The translations under genes and the position numbers were made by a program. Positions 1 through 8,483 of a stretch of DNA of 64,000 nt are shown in pieces (positions within the stretch are counted from its first letter, which is position 1; each line of letters begins with the position of its first letter). The notes under the pieces are model-generated. The model was not told where the DNA came from and searched no databases. It saw only the letters and a program-made list of their open reading frames with translations. Source of the DNA: Minisyncoccia bacterium (GTDB lineage: Bacteria; Patescibacteriota; Minisyncoccia; Phycocordibacterales; UBA918). The stretch spans positions 62,602 to 126,601 of the forward strand of contig JBGSPE010000003.1 of NCBI GenBank assembly GCA_041738755.1, in the 5' to 3' direction.

Positions 1-279
1 AAAGGAACGACCGTAGTGACGACCGGACTCATCGAAAGTGTCCGTGAACTCCTGACTAAAAAAGGCGACAAAATGGCCTTTATTAAACTTGTAGACCAGA
101 CTGACTCGATTGAACTCACCGCCTTCCCTTCTACCTACCTTGAACAAAAAGACATTCTTCAACCCGGCACCTGTGTTGCTATCAAAGGCAAGCTTGATAT
201 CAGAAACGACGAACCGAGTATTTTAATTGATAGAGCTAAAAATATCGCACCTGTTGACAATGCTAATGTTACTGTCTAA
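1..279 (+). CDS. dnaE: DNA polymerase III alpha subunit, C-terminal OB fold (partial, 5' end outside window)
   Basis: Frame is open from position 1. The motif TKKGDKMAFIKLVDQTDSIELTAFP...IKGKLD is typical of the DnaE C-terminal OB domain. Confidence 0.85.
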   Translation, partial: KGTTVVTTGLIESVRELLTKKGDKMAFIKLVDQTDSIELTAFPSTYLEQKDILQPGTCVAIKGKLDIRNDEPSILIDRAKNIAPVDNANVTV

Positions 280-315
280 TATGGCTTCAGAAGCAGATCT
301 ATATCTGGAGAAATT

Positions 316-645
316 TTGATGCGACACATGCGCGAAGCTACTCTCGTATTCGACCCAAGAATCTCACACCCGCTATATAAGAAGCATAAGGTAGATAAGG
401 TTAACGTCATTCGAGTCTTGTCGAGCGAACGTTTAACAGATGAAGAAAGTTGCCTCTTCGAAAACAAAGCCAAAATAATATTTCCAGATCATTTTCTCGA
501 AATAGTCAGGTTCAACGAACAGACTGTCTATCTTGCGTTCAATTTTTCTGATGACGCTATCCTGGATAAATCTTTCCAAAGTTTACTTGTAAATTTTCAC
601 GGCTGGTTAAAACTTGCACGAATTGAGGATTTCGTATTGGCTTAG
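316..645 (+). CDS. hypothetical protein
   Basis: 109-aa ORF followed by a terminator-like hairpin; no recognisable motif. Confidence 0.45.
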   Translation: MMRHMREATLVFDPRISHPLYKKHKVDKVNVIRVLSSERLTDEESCLFENKAKIIFPDHFLEIVRFNEQTVYLAFNFSDDAILDKSFQSLLVNFHGWLKLARIEDFVLA

Positions 646-652
646 TTCTACT

Positions 653-684
653 AAAAATCGCGCCGAGCAATCGACGCGGTTTTT
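653..684 (+). terminator. intrinsic terminator
   Basis: AAAAATCGCGCCGA-GCAA-TCGACGCGGTTTTT hairpin with T tract directly after the stop at 645. Confidence 0.65.
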
Positions 685-731
685 CTTTTCCCTAAACATA
701 TCTGTTAACAGCTATGTTTAGCACACGGTGT

Positions 732-759
732 TTGACTGATTTAATACTCATGCTACGAT
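732..759 (+). promoter_or_regulatory. sigma70-type promoter for the thrS leader
   Basis: TTGACT (732-737), 16-nt spacer, TGc-TACGAT extended -10 (751-759). Confidence 0.6.
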
Positions 760-765
760 GTATTA

Positions 766-951
766 CATCAGAGATTGTAGTGGCCACCAACCATTAGTTT
801 ATGTATCATATATGATACATAAATGGACTACTTCCCTAATCTGAACTAATGAGCGCTGTGCAGGCATACCTGCCAGAATCTCGGTGGAACCGCGGTCTAG
901 ATCGCCCGAGTGAGTATACGAACCTTCGTGTATTCACTCGGGCGCTTTTTT
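766..951 (+). ncRNA. T-box riboswitch (transcription antitermination), Thr-specific
   Basis: Antiterminator CTCGG-TGGAACC-GCGGT-CTAG-ATCGC-CCGAG (880-910). Preceding stem III GCAGG-CATA-CCTGC (860-873). Mutually exclusive terminator 903-944 plus T6. Located upstream of thrS. Confidence 0.8.
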
Positions 952-977
952 ATTCACTTTATTAACCTAACCACAAA

Positions 978-1096
978 GATTTTCAAAATTAGATAACGTA
1001 CAAGGCATGGAGAAAAAGTTTTTCGAGTCGTATCAGGCATACGGTGAGAAAAACTTTGAGGCTCCATAACGCAGTAATTTGCTAATTTTGAAAATC
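978..1096. repeat. structured palindromic element, copy 1
   Basis: 15-bp outer inverted repeat GATTTTCAAAATTAG/CTAATTTTGAAAATC. Internal motifs AAGGC...GAGT-CGTAT-loop-ATACG-GTGA...AACGCA. Confidence 0.7.
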
Positions 1097-1106
1097 ATCA
1101 CACTTT

Positions 1107-2858
1107 ATGTCAGAACAACTAAACAATAAACGACACACACTAGCCCACCTCTTGGCTGCGGCGGTCATTGAAACGTATCCCCATGCAAAATTGACCCTTG
1201 GTCCGGCTATCGATACGGGCTTCTACTACGATATCGACTTCGCTGAGGGAGATGTACCTGGTGACAGTGATCTCAAAGACCTCCAAAAGTTGATGAAGAA
1301 ACTCATCAACAAATGGACTGAATTCACTCACGAAGTCGTGACGGTAGATCGTGCTCAAGAAGTCTTTGCTGGTAACCAGTACAAGCTTGAATTGATTGAT
1401 GAAATTGATTCACGAGGCGAGACGATTACCCTCTACACAGTCGGTGGATTTACCGACCTTTGTCGGGGTGGACACTGTAACAATCCGAAAGAAGACATTA
1501 GTACTGATGCCTTTAAGCTCGACAAAATTGCGGGAGCCTACTGGCGCGGAGATGAAAAAAACCCAATGCTCACTCGTATCTACGGCATCGCATTTGATAC
1601 AAAAGAAGAACTTGAAGGCTACGAAAAGCAACTTGAAGAAGCAAAAGCCCGTGACCATCGTAAACTTGGGAAAGAACTTGACCTCTTTACCTTCTCTGAT
1701 TTGGTCGGACCTGGTCTTCCGCTCTTCACTCCGCGCGGTACGATGATGCGTGATCTTATCGTCGATAAAATCATGACTATTCAAGCCAAATACGGCTATC
1801 AAAAAGTCACCATCCCTCACATAACCAAAAGTGACCTCTACAAAACCTCTGGTCATTGGGAAAAGTTTGGTGATGAACTTTTCAAAGTAAAAGGTCAATC
1901 TGACGCTGAGTTTGTCATGAAGCCTATGAACTGTCCGCATCATACCCAAATTTTCGACAGCCGACCGCGCTCATACAAAGAACTTCCTATTCGCTATGCT
2001 GAAACAACCATGGTCTACCGGGATGAACAAGCCGGTGAATTGATTGGGTTAGGGCGCGTTCGAAGTATCACACAAGATGACGGTCACGTGTTCTGTACTG
2101 TTGATCAGATTGACCAAGAAGTCGAAAATATCGTTCGAGTGATACAAGAATTCTACACCTCACTAGGAATGTACAATGATGGTAATTTCTGGGTTTCACT
2201 CTCTACTAGCGATCCAAACAAGCCGGAAGACTATCTTGGTGATAGAGAAAACTGGAAAAAAGCTGAGACTATGCTCGAAGCAGTTGCTACGAGACTCAAC
2301 TTACCGTATAAGCGGATTGAAGGTGAAGCTGCATTTTACGGACCAAAACTCGACTTTATGTTCAAAGACGCCATTGGTCGTGAACGTCAGCTGGCGACCG
2401 CTCAGCTTGATTTTGTGATGCCGGAGCGTTTCTCTCTTTCCTACACAGATAACACTGGAGTGAAGCAAACACCCGTCATGATTCACCGAGCAATCGCGGG
2501 GTCACTCGAACGGTTTATGGCTATCATGATTGAGCACTTTGCAGGTAACTTCCCGCTTTGGCTCTGCCCAACACAACTAGCCATCATCCCCGTAGCAGAT
2601 ACACATACCCCGTACGCGCGAGAGATTGCAGCCCATTTGAAAAACCATAATTTCCGGATTGAACTTGATGAATCAAACGAAAGTATGGGTAAGAAGATTC
2701 GCACAGCTAAGAAGGACCGACTCCCCTACTTCATCGTCATCGGTGATAAGGAAGTGGAGAATAAGACCGTTACTCTTGAATCACGTGATACCGGTGAGTC
2801 AGTAACTCTGAACTTAGAGGAACTAATAGAGAAACTGACTGCAGAAAATACCAGGTAG
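1107..2858 (+). CDS. thrS: threonine--tRNA ligase
   Basis: RHTLAH editing motif, DLCRGGH, RDHRKLGKELDLF, KPMNCPHH, IHRAIAGSLERF, and anticodon-binding domain. Confidence 0.98.
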   Translation: MSEQLNNKRHTLAHLLAAAVIETYPHAKLTLGPAIDTGFYYDIDFAEGDVPGDSDLKDLQKLMKKLINKWTEFTHEVVTVDRAQEVFAGNQYKLELIDEIDSRGETITLYTVGGFTDLCRGGHCNNPKEDISTDAFKLDKIAGAYWRGDEKNPMLTRIYGIAFDTKEELEGYEKQLEEAKARDHRKLGKELDLFTFSDLVGPGLPLFTPRGTMMRDLIVDKIMTIQAKYGYQKVTIPHITKSDLYKTSGHWEKFGDELFKVKGQSDAEFVMKPMNCPHHTQIFDSRPRSYKELPIRYAETTMVYRDEQAGELIGLGRVRSITQDDGHVFCTVDQIDQEVENIVRVIQEFYTSLGMYNDGNFWVSLSTSDPNKPEDYLGDRENWKKAETMLEAVATRLNLPYKRIEGEAAFYGPKLDFMFKDAIGRERQLATAQLDFVMPERFSLSYTDNTGVKQTPVMIHRAIAGSLERFMAIMIEHFAGNFPLWLCPTQLAIIPVADTHTPYAREIAAHLKNHNFRIELDESNESMGKKIRTAKKDRLPYFIVIGDKEVENKTVTLESRDTGESVTLNLEELIEKLTAENTR

Positions 2859-2868
2859 AACTACCCAC

Positions 2869-2906
2869 AATAAAAAGGCCGGCCCTTATGGGCCGGCCTT
2901 TTTATT
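2869..2906. terminator. bidirectional intrinsic terminator
   Basis: 17-bp arms AATAAAAAGGCCGGCCC/GGGCCGGCCTTTTTATT between convergent genes. Confidence 0.85.
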
Positions 2907-2946
2907 ATCAGCAAGAACACGCTCTTCGTGAAACAAGTAATCTGAT

Positions 2947-5900
2947 TTATATCTCTTCCAATTCCGCAACCACTTCAATATTCACACTATCGGTAAATGT
3001 CGTATTAGTCACCGGCTCAGTACAACTGAAGGTAAAGAGGCTCTTAGCATTAATCGGACCACTACCCTCAGTACCACTGGTACCGCTTGGATTCCGGTCT
3101 ACCCCTGGTCCATAGACCCGGCAATTCATTGGGTAGGTGGCTGCCGTAGACCACGTCAATGTAATAGTTTCACCTTGTTTGACTCGATACCTATCAGCAG
3201 TAAGATTTAAACCAGGATCTGGTGGCGGAATTGTAAAGGTAAAGACACGACTGTTATCCCCTTCATTAGTTTCAGTTACGGTATTTGTACTATCGACGAA
3301 GACTCTTGTCCGCGCAGCACCAAATGGTATTGAGCCAGTTACCCGTTCTGTTCGATTAACCGCTGAACCAACAGTGAGTAGTCCAAGTGAACCAGTAGTA
3401 GTGAACTCATACCCATCACCACTACGGTCAAACTGTAATTCGTAGTTAGCGCTAGCTAACGTATCACTTTCACCGTCGTTTCTCGTTTGAAATACAATAT
3501 CAATATAGTCATACATTCCTGTCACACTATTAAACGTTGGTGAAAGATTGTACGTAATATCTGGTTGGGTAAGATTTGGATAATTTCGAGTGGTAACAGT
3601 AACCGTCCTGTCGGTAGTACCACCAAGACCTGTACACGAAACAGTATAGACGGCGTTCGTTCCTGGAACTGGTGGTGTGACTGAATTGTCAGTCCCATTT
3701 TCGTTAGGCGACCCTCCGGTTGAGAAGCCACTACCAGCCGTTGCGGTACAACTTGAAGCACCAACACTCGTCCAGCGCAGCGCTATGGTATCACCAGGAT
3801 TTATCGTTGGATTGCTACTTAACCAAGCTCCAGTGCCGTTCACTCTTGTTTGTAGGGTCACACTCGGTGGTGGTGGTAAAGTGATGGTTACGGTGTGATT
3901 TGTACAGGCAGCTGGAAGTGTATTACCGATATCACGAGCACACGCTCTCACCGTATATGTCCCATCGGCTAACCACGTATTGTTAATTGTCCATTGCTGA
4001 CCTGTGGTGTATGTCGGTGATGGAGATGGAGTATCGTTTGATCCATTATTTTGCCAATCAATCGTGTAGTAGAACTGCGACGTTGGATTTGGATGTGTAG
4101 ACACAATTCTAAACTGCACTGGAGTACCAGCTACTCCAGCTGTACTTGCAGCTGGGAAGTTTACTGTTGGAGCATTGGGGGCTTGGGCATTTAAGTTTAC
4201 CTGAACGGTATCTGATTCGGTACCACACGTCAGAATATATGGGCTACTTTGTGTAATTGTCGCACCCACACTTCCATTTGCAGTGACAATTTGTGATCCG
4301 GCAGTTATACCAGCGCCACTTAACGTACACGTCGGTGTAGCACCAGTACTTGTCCACGTTAAACTCACCCCAGTGTTGTAATTCACCGATACCGGACCAT
4401 TAGACCCGTTGACCCTTAGGTCAGGCAATGTTGGACACGAAGCAGGAGTAAACCGTGTCACGGTGGAAGAATTTGGAGACTGTCCCGCCGCGTTGTTAGC
4501 TCGAACATAGAATGAATATGAAGTGTTCGTGCCTCCAGTGAAGGTGTAGTTTGAACCACCTGAGTTTGCGATAAATGTACCGTTACTGTAGTACACACTG
4601 TAACTAGTAGCTCCCGGCACATCATTCCAATCAAGGAAGAGCTGGTTAGTACCACAGGCCTGTGGAGTGGCGGTGAGGCCGGTTGGTGTAGCAGGCGCAC
4701 AGATAGTTGGCGTCGTCGCCGTTACGGTAGAAGAGTTTCCTGATTGAACTGAAGCTGCGTTATTCGCTCGGACATAAAACGAATAGCTGGTGTTTGGTGA
4801 CCCTGTAAAGGTGTAATTTGAACCAACTGAATTACCAACGAAGGTACCGTTACTGAGATACACACTGTAGCTGGCTGCATTAGTCGAATCATTCCAATCA
4901 AGGAAGAGTTGGTTGGTACCACAGGCTTGTGGTGTAGCAGTAAGACCAGTTGGCGTAGTTGCTGCTGGAGGTGCGCACACAGCTGGAGCATTGGCAGTCG
5001 CGAAGGCTGACCAGGCAGAGTTTCCAACAGCATTTTTAGCTCGGACTTGGAAGTCGTAGGTGGATCCAGGATTAAGTCCAGTGATAGTTCGGGGACTCGT
5101 GACATCATTCACTATTGTCCAACCACCACTTGGAGAAAGGCGGAACTGAATATCGTAGCCGGTTGCACCAGTTACATTTGACCAAGAAACAGTGACTGCT
5201 CCTGTGCCACAAGAGCCCGGAGTGGCGGTGGGGGTTGCAGGTTGTGCTGGTGCAGTCGCACACGCAACTGGCGCAGTCGCATTCATCGCTCCTGAGTAGG
5301 CAGATGAACCAGCACTATTAGTCGCTCGCACCGTATATGACTGGGCAGAGCCATTGGCTAGACCAGTGTGACTAAATGAAGTACTTGGTCCATCGTAGAT
5401 GACAGTACCTGCACCGTTGCGGAGCTGGTAGCTGGTGGCTCCAGAGACGGCTGACCAGGAGACATTTATCTGACCAGTACCACAAGCTTGAGGGGTGGCG
5501 GTAGGGGTGGCTGGGGTAGCTGGGGTAGCTGGGGTCACGGTAATAGTTGTCCAACCACTACAGTTATTTCCCTCATTAGACTCTGTCACTTCAGAACTTA
5601 TGTCCGCACAGACTTGTAGATAATAAGTACCAGGCCCTGAAAAGGTGTAGTTTACGTTGGCGTTTGACTCACTATAACCAGCTGGAAAACCAGCTGGAAT
5701 ACCACTCCTAAACAAAGCTGGCTGACTTGGTAAGCCTCCATTTCCGGCATTAGTATCAGTGTCAAACCAAAATCGAACATTGAAAGGTGCGCCGGTTGAA
5801 AGAGTACCTTGGTTTCGTACAAGCGCACTATAATTGGTTGCGCTACCCGGATTGACTGACGTTGCCCCACTGACTGAGGGGACGATAACATCTGACTGAC

Positions 5901-8328
5901 CACAACTACTTGGAGCCGTTGCGCTCCTTGCTCCTGAGTACGCAGATGAGCCGCCAGCGTTAATGGCTCGCACCGTATATGACTGGGCAGAGCCATTGGC
6001 TAGACCAGTGTGACTAAATGAAGTACTTGGTCCATCGTAGATGACGGTACCGGCACCGTTGCGGAGCTGGTAGCTGGTGGCTCCAGAAACAGCATTCCAA
6101 GAAACGTTTATTTGACCAGTTCCACATGAGCCGGGAGTAGCGGTAGGGGTGGTGGGGGTGGTTGGTGCACAAATATTTGGTGATGTCCGACTTATCGAGG
6201 CTGATTCCGCTCCCGCTCCAGCTCCATTCCAAGCTCGCACTCGGTAGGTATACAGGGAATTAGGTAACGGTGCAGTATGGGTGAATGAGGTGACATTACC
6301 GACGTTTTGCCATGCTCCATTAATTTGAATATCATATCCAGACGCTCCGGCAACACTGTTCCAGGTAAGGTTAATTTGATTCGTACCACAGGAGCTGGGA
6401 GTGCCGTTAAGGCCAGTTGGGGTGGCGGGTGGACAAACATTTGGTGTTGTTGCATTAACAGAACCTGAGTAGGCAGATGAACCAGCACTATTAGTCGCTC
6501 GCACCGTATATGACTGGGCTGAGCCATTAGCTAAACCAGTGTGACTAAATGAAGTACTTGGTCCATCGTAGATGACAGTACCTGCGCCGTTGCGGAGCTG
6601 GTAGCTGGTGGCTCCAGAGACGGCTGACCAGGAGACATTTATCTGACCAGTACCACAAGCTTGAGGAGTTGCGGTAGGGGTGGTGGGTTGTAAAGGTGTG
6701 ACTGGGCAGTTAGTTTGATACCGTGCAATCATAGTAGTGACACCATTTATGAATGTTGTTTCTACACACTGATTGGGAGGAAAAGCGGCAAGCCAAGTAA
6801 AGTAATCCATTACAGGTAGTGGGGTTCTAATATCAGGAGTCCATCCTCGGCCGACACATGTATCACCCGCGGTTGTGATAGCAATACTACTAATTCCAGG
6901 ATTGGCACAAACATCAAACGTAATAGGTGGGACTGGAGGTCCCGGAATATCGATAGGATGAGCATTGACTACCGAAAATGGTACTACACTGGCCCCGAGC
7001 ATACACAGTACTATCAGTAGTGGCCCCAGACTGTCGGGAGCTTTCGTGTTGTGGCGAAGTGTATACTCACGACGATGGACAATCCAAACCAGGATAAGTA
7101 ACACGAGTAATAAAGCTGCACCACCATAAAGAAATAAAGGATTGAATATAATTCCCTCAGAGAGTGTTATGTTTTCAGACGGTTCTTGGTGACACGCTCC
7201 ACCCAATACGTCACAGTCATACGTTACTGTTTCTTGCGACACCGGTACACCATCTCTTTCAATTGTGGATGTTAGCAAAATAGCATTCTGATTGGTAGGA
7301 GGCACAAAACTTGGTATACTCGCATCAGAAATACTATCCCCTGCAACTGACGCTACCGTTAATCCGGCAGGATCAGTCAGTTCAAATGATAAACGATACG
7401 GTGTAAGTTCAGCCGTGGCTGGCGTAGCAATACAGTAAAATAGGTCTGCTGACTGATTAGCAGACAACGGAATATCACGTACGCCAGCAACCAATATTCG
7501 TGGGTCAGGTGTAGCTTTTAGAAACTGAAAGTCCTGTATTGACTTAGCTCCCCTATCATCAATAATTGCATTAACTAAAAATTCTTTATCACTAGTGGGC
7601 TTGGTAGTATACGTAATCACTTCTTCACTATTAGCGGCGATGGTAAGGATACTCGATTTAGTATCAAGCCGACTGTCTTCAGTCGGGTATGGTCCCAGAT
7701 ACTGATTCCACTGTATCGGAACAACTTTGTCTTCATCTGTTGCGTTGATTACTGCAACGCTTATAGTTACACTCTGATCATCGGTGATTATTGTTTGATC
7801 AAAACTCTCATACGGTTGACCATTAATCTGCATCGTGTTGTGATCAAGCTGTACCACCTCACTTTCTGAGGCAATTGTAAAACGTGGACCATATCCCAAC
7901 CCTATTGCCGTCTCACCCATGAATGACATTACGTACTGGATAGCGTAATCACCCATTGGCTGATTTTCAGGTACCACCCATTCGTCAGCAAAAGAATACT
8001 TGCCTTGTGCCGGTAGTATGATATTTTCTTCGACCACATAGGTATCGACTAATCGCAACGATTGATCTTCCCGAATTTGAAACACTCTTGCTCGCAGTTC
8101 TGCAACGGGGACCGTGATGCTATTTTGATTTTCAATACTTCCAGTGAATCCAACCGGGGTTTGTGGTACCCCGATGGCTACCGTACTAGTGACAGCCAGT
8201 TTAATATTAGTCAGTGCAAAGTTGTCAGTACAGAAGAGGTTATTACGAGCGGCAGGAGTTTCGGTTGGTGCCTGTTGTGCGAATATTGTACTCACTGAAG
8301 AGAAAAGCAACATAAGTACAAGGGTCAC
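2947..8328 (-). CDS. large surface protein: N-terminal Ig-like module, two hydrophobic segments, 7 fibronectin type III repeats, 2 CARDB-like and PKD/Ig-like domains
   Basis: Signal-peptide-like N-terminus. Fn3 signature (W...Y..., Y.Y.VRA.N..G.S..S). CARDB motifs VRNQG...AD...EVTESNEGNN and VDSTNTVTETNEGDN. Start position uncertain. Confidence 0.85.
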   Translation of the reverse strand: MTLVLMLLFSSVSTIFAQQAPTETPAARNNLFCTDNFALTNIKLAVTSTVAIGVPQTPVGFTGSIENQNSITVPVAELRARVFQIREDQSLRLVDTYVVEENIILPAQGKYSFADEWVVPENQPMGDYAIQYVMSFMGETAIGLGYGPRFTIASESEVVQLDHNTMQINGQPYESFDQTIITDDQSVTISVAVINATDEDKVVPIQWNQYLGPYPTEDSRLDTKSSILTIAANSEEVITYTTKPTSDKEFLVNAIIDDRGAKSIQDFQFLKATPDPRILVAGVRDIPLSANQSADLFYCIATPATAELTPYRLSFELTDPAGLTVASVAGDSISDASIPSFVPPTNQNAILLTSTIERDGVPVSQETVTYDCDVLGGACHQEPSENITLSEGIIFNPLFLYGGAALLLVLLILVWIVHRREYTLRHNTKAPDSLGPLLIVLCMLGASVVPFSVVNAHPIDIPGPPVPPITFDVCANPGISSIAITTAGDTCVGRGWTPDIRTPLPVMDYFTWLAAFPPNQCVETTFINGVTTMIARYQTNCPVTPLQPTTPTATPQACGTGQINVSWSAVSGATSYQLRNGAGTVIYDGPSTSFSHTGLANGSAQSYTVRATNSAGSSAYSGSVNATTPNVCPPATPTGLNGTPSSCGTNQINLTWNSVAGASGYDIQINGAWQNVGNVTSFTHTAPLPNSLYTYRVRAWNGAGAGAESASISRTSPNICAPTTPTTPTATPGSCGTGQINVSWNAVSGATSYQLRNGAGTVIYDGPSTSFSHTGLANGSAQSYTVRAINAGGSSAYSGARSATAPSSCGQSDVIVPSVSGATSVNPGSATNYSALVRNQGTLSTGAPFNVRFWFDTDTNAGNGGLPSQPALFRSGIPAGFPAGYSESNANVNYTFSGPGTYYLQVCADISSEVTESNEGNNCSGWTTITVTPATPATPATPTATPQACGTGQINVSWSAVSGATSYQLRNGAGTVIYDGPSTSFSHTGLANGSAQSYTVRATNSAGSSAYSGAMNATAPVACATAPAQPATPTATPGSCGTGAVTVSWSNVTGATGYDIQFRLSPSGGWTIVNDVTSPRTITGLNPGSTYDFQVRAKNAVGNSAWSAFATANAPAVCAPPAATTPTGLTATPQACGTNQLFLDWNDSTNAASYSVYLSNGTFVGNSVGSNYTFTGSPNTSYSFYVRANNAASVQSGNSSTVTATTPTICAPATPTGLTATPQACGTNQLFLDWNDVPGATSYSVYYSNGTFIANSGGSNYTFTGGTNTSYSFYVRANNAAGQSPNSSTVTRFTPASCPTLPDLRVNGSNGPVSVNYNTGVSLTWTSTGATPTCTLSGAGITAGSQIVTANGSVGATITQSSPYILTCGTESDTVQVNLNAQAPNAPTVNFPAASTAGVAGTPVQFRIVSTHPNPTSQFYYTIDWQNNGSNDTPSPSPTYTTGQQWTINNTWLADGTYTVRACARDIGNTLPAACTNHTVTITLPPPPSVTLQTRVNGTGAWLSSNPTINPGDTIALRWTSVGASSCTATAGSGFSTGGSPNENGTDNSVTPPVPGTNAVYTVSCTGLGGTTDRTVTVTTRNYPNLTQPDITYNLSPTFNSVTGMYDYIDIVFQTRNDGESDTLASANYELQFDRSGDGYEFTTTGSLGLLTVGSAVNRTERVTGSIPFGAARTRVFVDSTNTVTETNEGDNSRVFTFTIPPPDPGLNLTADRYRVKQGETITLTWSTAATYPMNCRVYGPGVDRNPSGTSGTEGSGPINAKSLFTFSCTEPVTNTTFTDSVNIEVVAELEEI
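5291..6683. repeat. near-identical intragenic direct repeats encoding Fn3 modules (5291-5510, core 5966-6087, 6464-6683)
   Basis: The two 220-bp copies differ at 6 positions by manual alignment. The middle copy shares a 122-bp core. Confidence 0.9.
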
Positions 8329-8483
8329 AGCATAAAAAAACCTAGCGCAGTCATACTAAGCACATACACGCTAATCTGTGGCCGTACTATGCCTGGACGC
8401 TTGGTATAGTGCGCGAGCACTGGAGGAAGCAATAAAACGAGATTGGTTACTACTGCTAAAAGATAACGGTAAATCATAATCAT
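8325..8483 (-). CDS. putative 52-aa hydrophobic peptide (not in ORF track)
   Basis: MIMIYRYLLAVVTNLVLLLPPVLAHYTKRPGIVRPQISVYVLSMTALGFFML. Its ATG overlaps the upstream TAA (TAATG) and its TGA overlaps the downstream GTG (GTGA). Confidence 0.3.
   Translation of the reverse strand: MIMIYRYLLAVVTNLVLLLPPVLAHYTKRPGIVRPQISVYVLSMTALGFFML

Noticed and set aside
5291-6683. Near-identical repeats as a DGR template/variable pair
   Set aside because: All copies are coding, the differences are synonymous and not adenine-specific, and there is no reverse transcriptase in the window.
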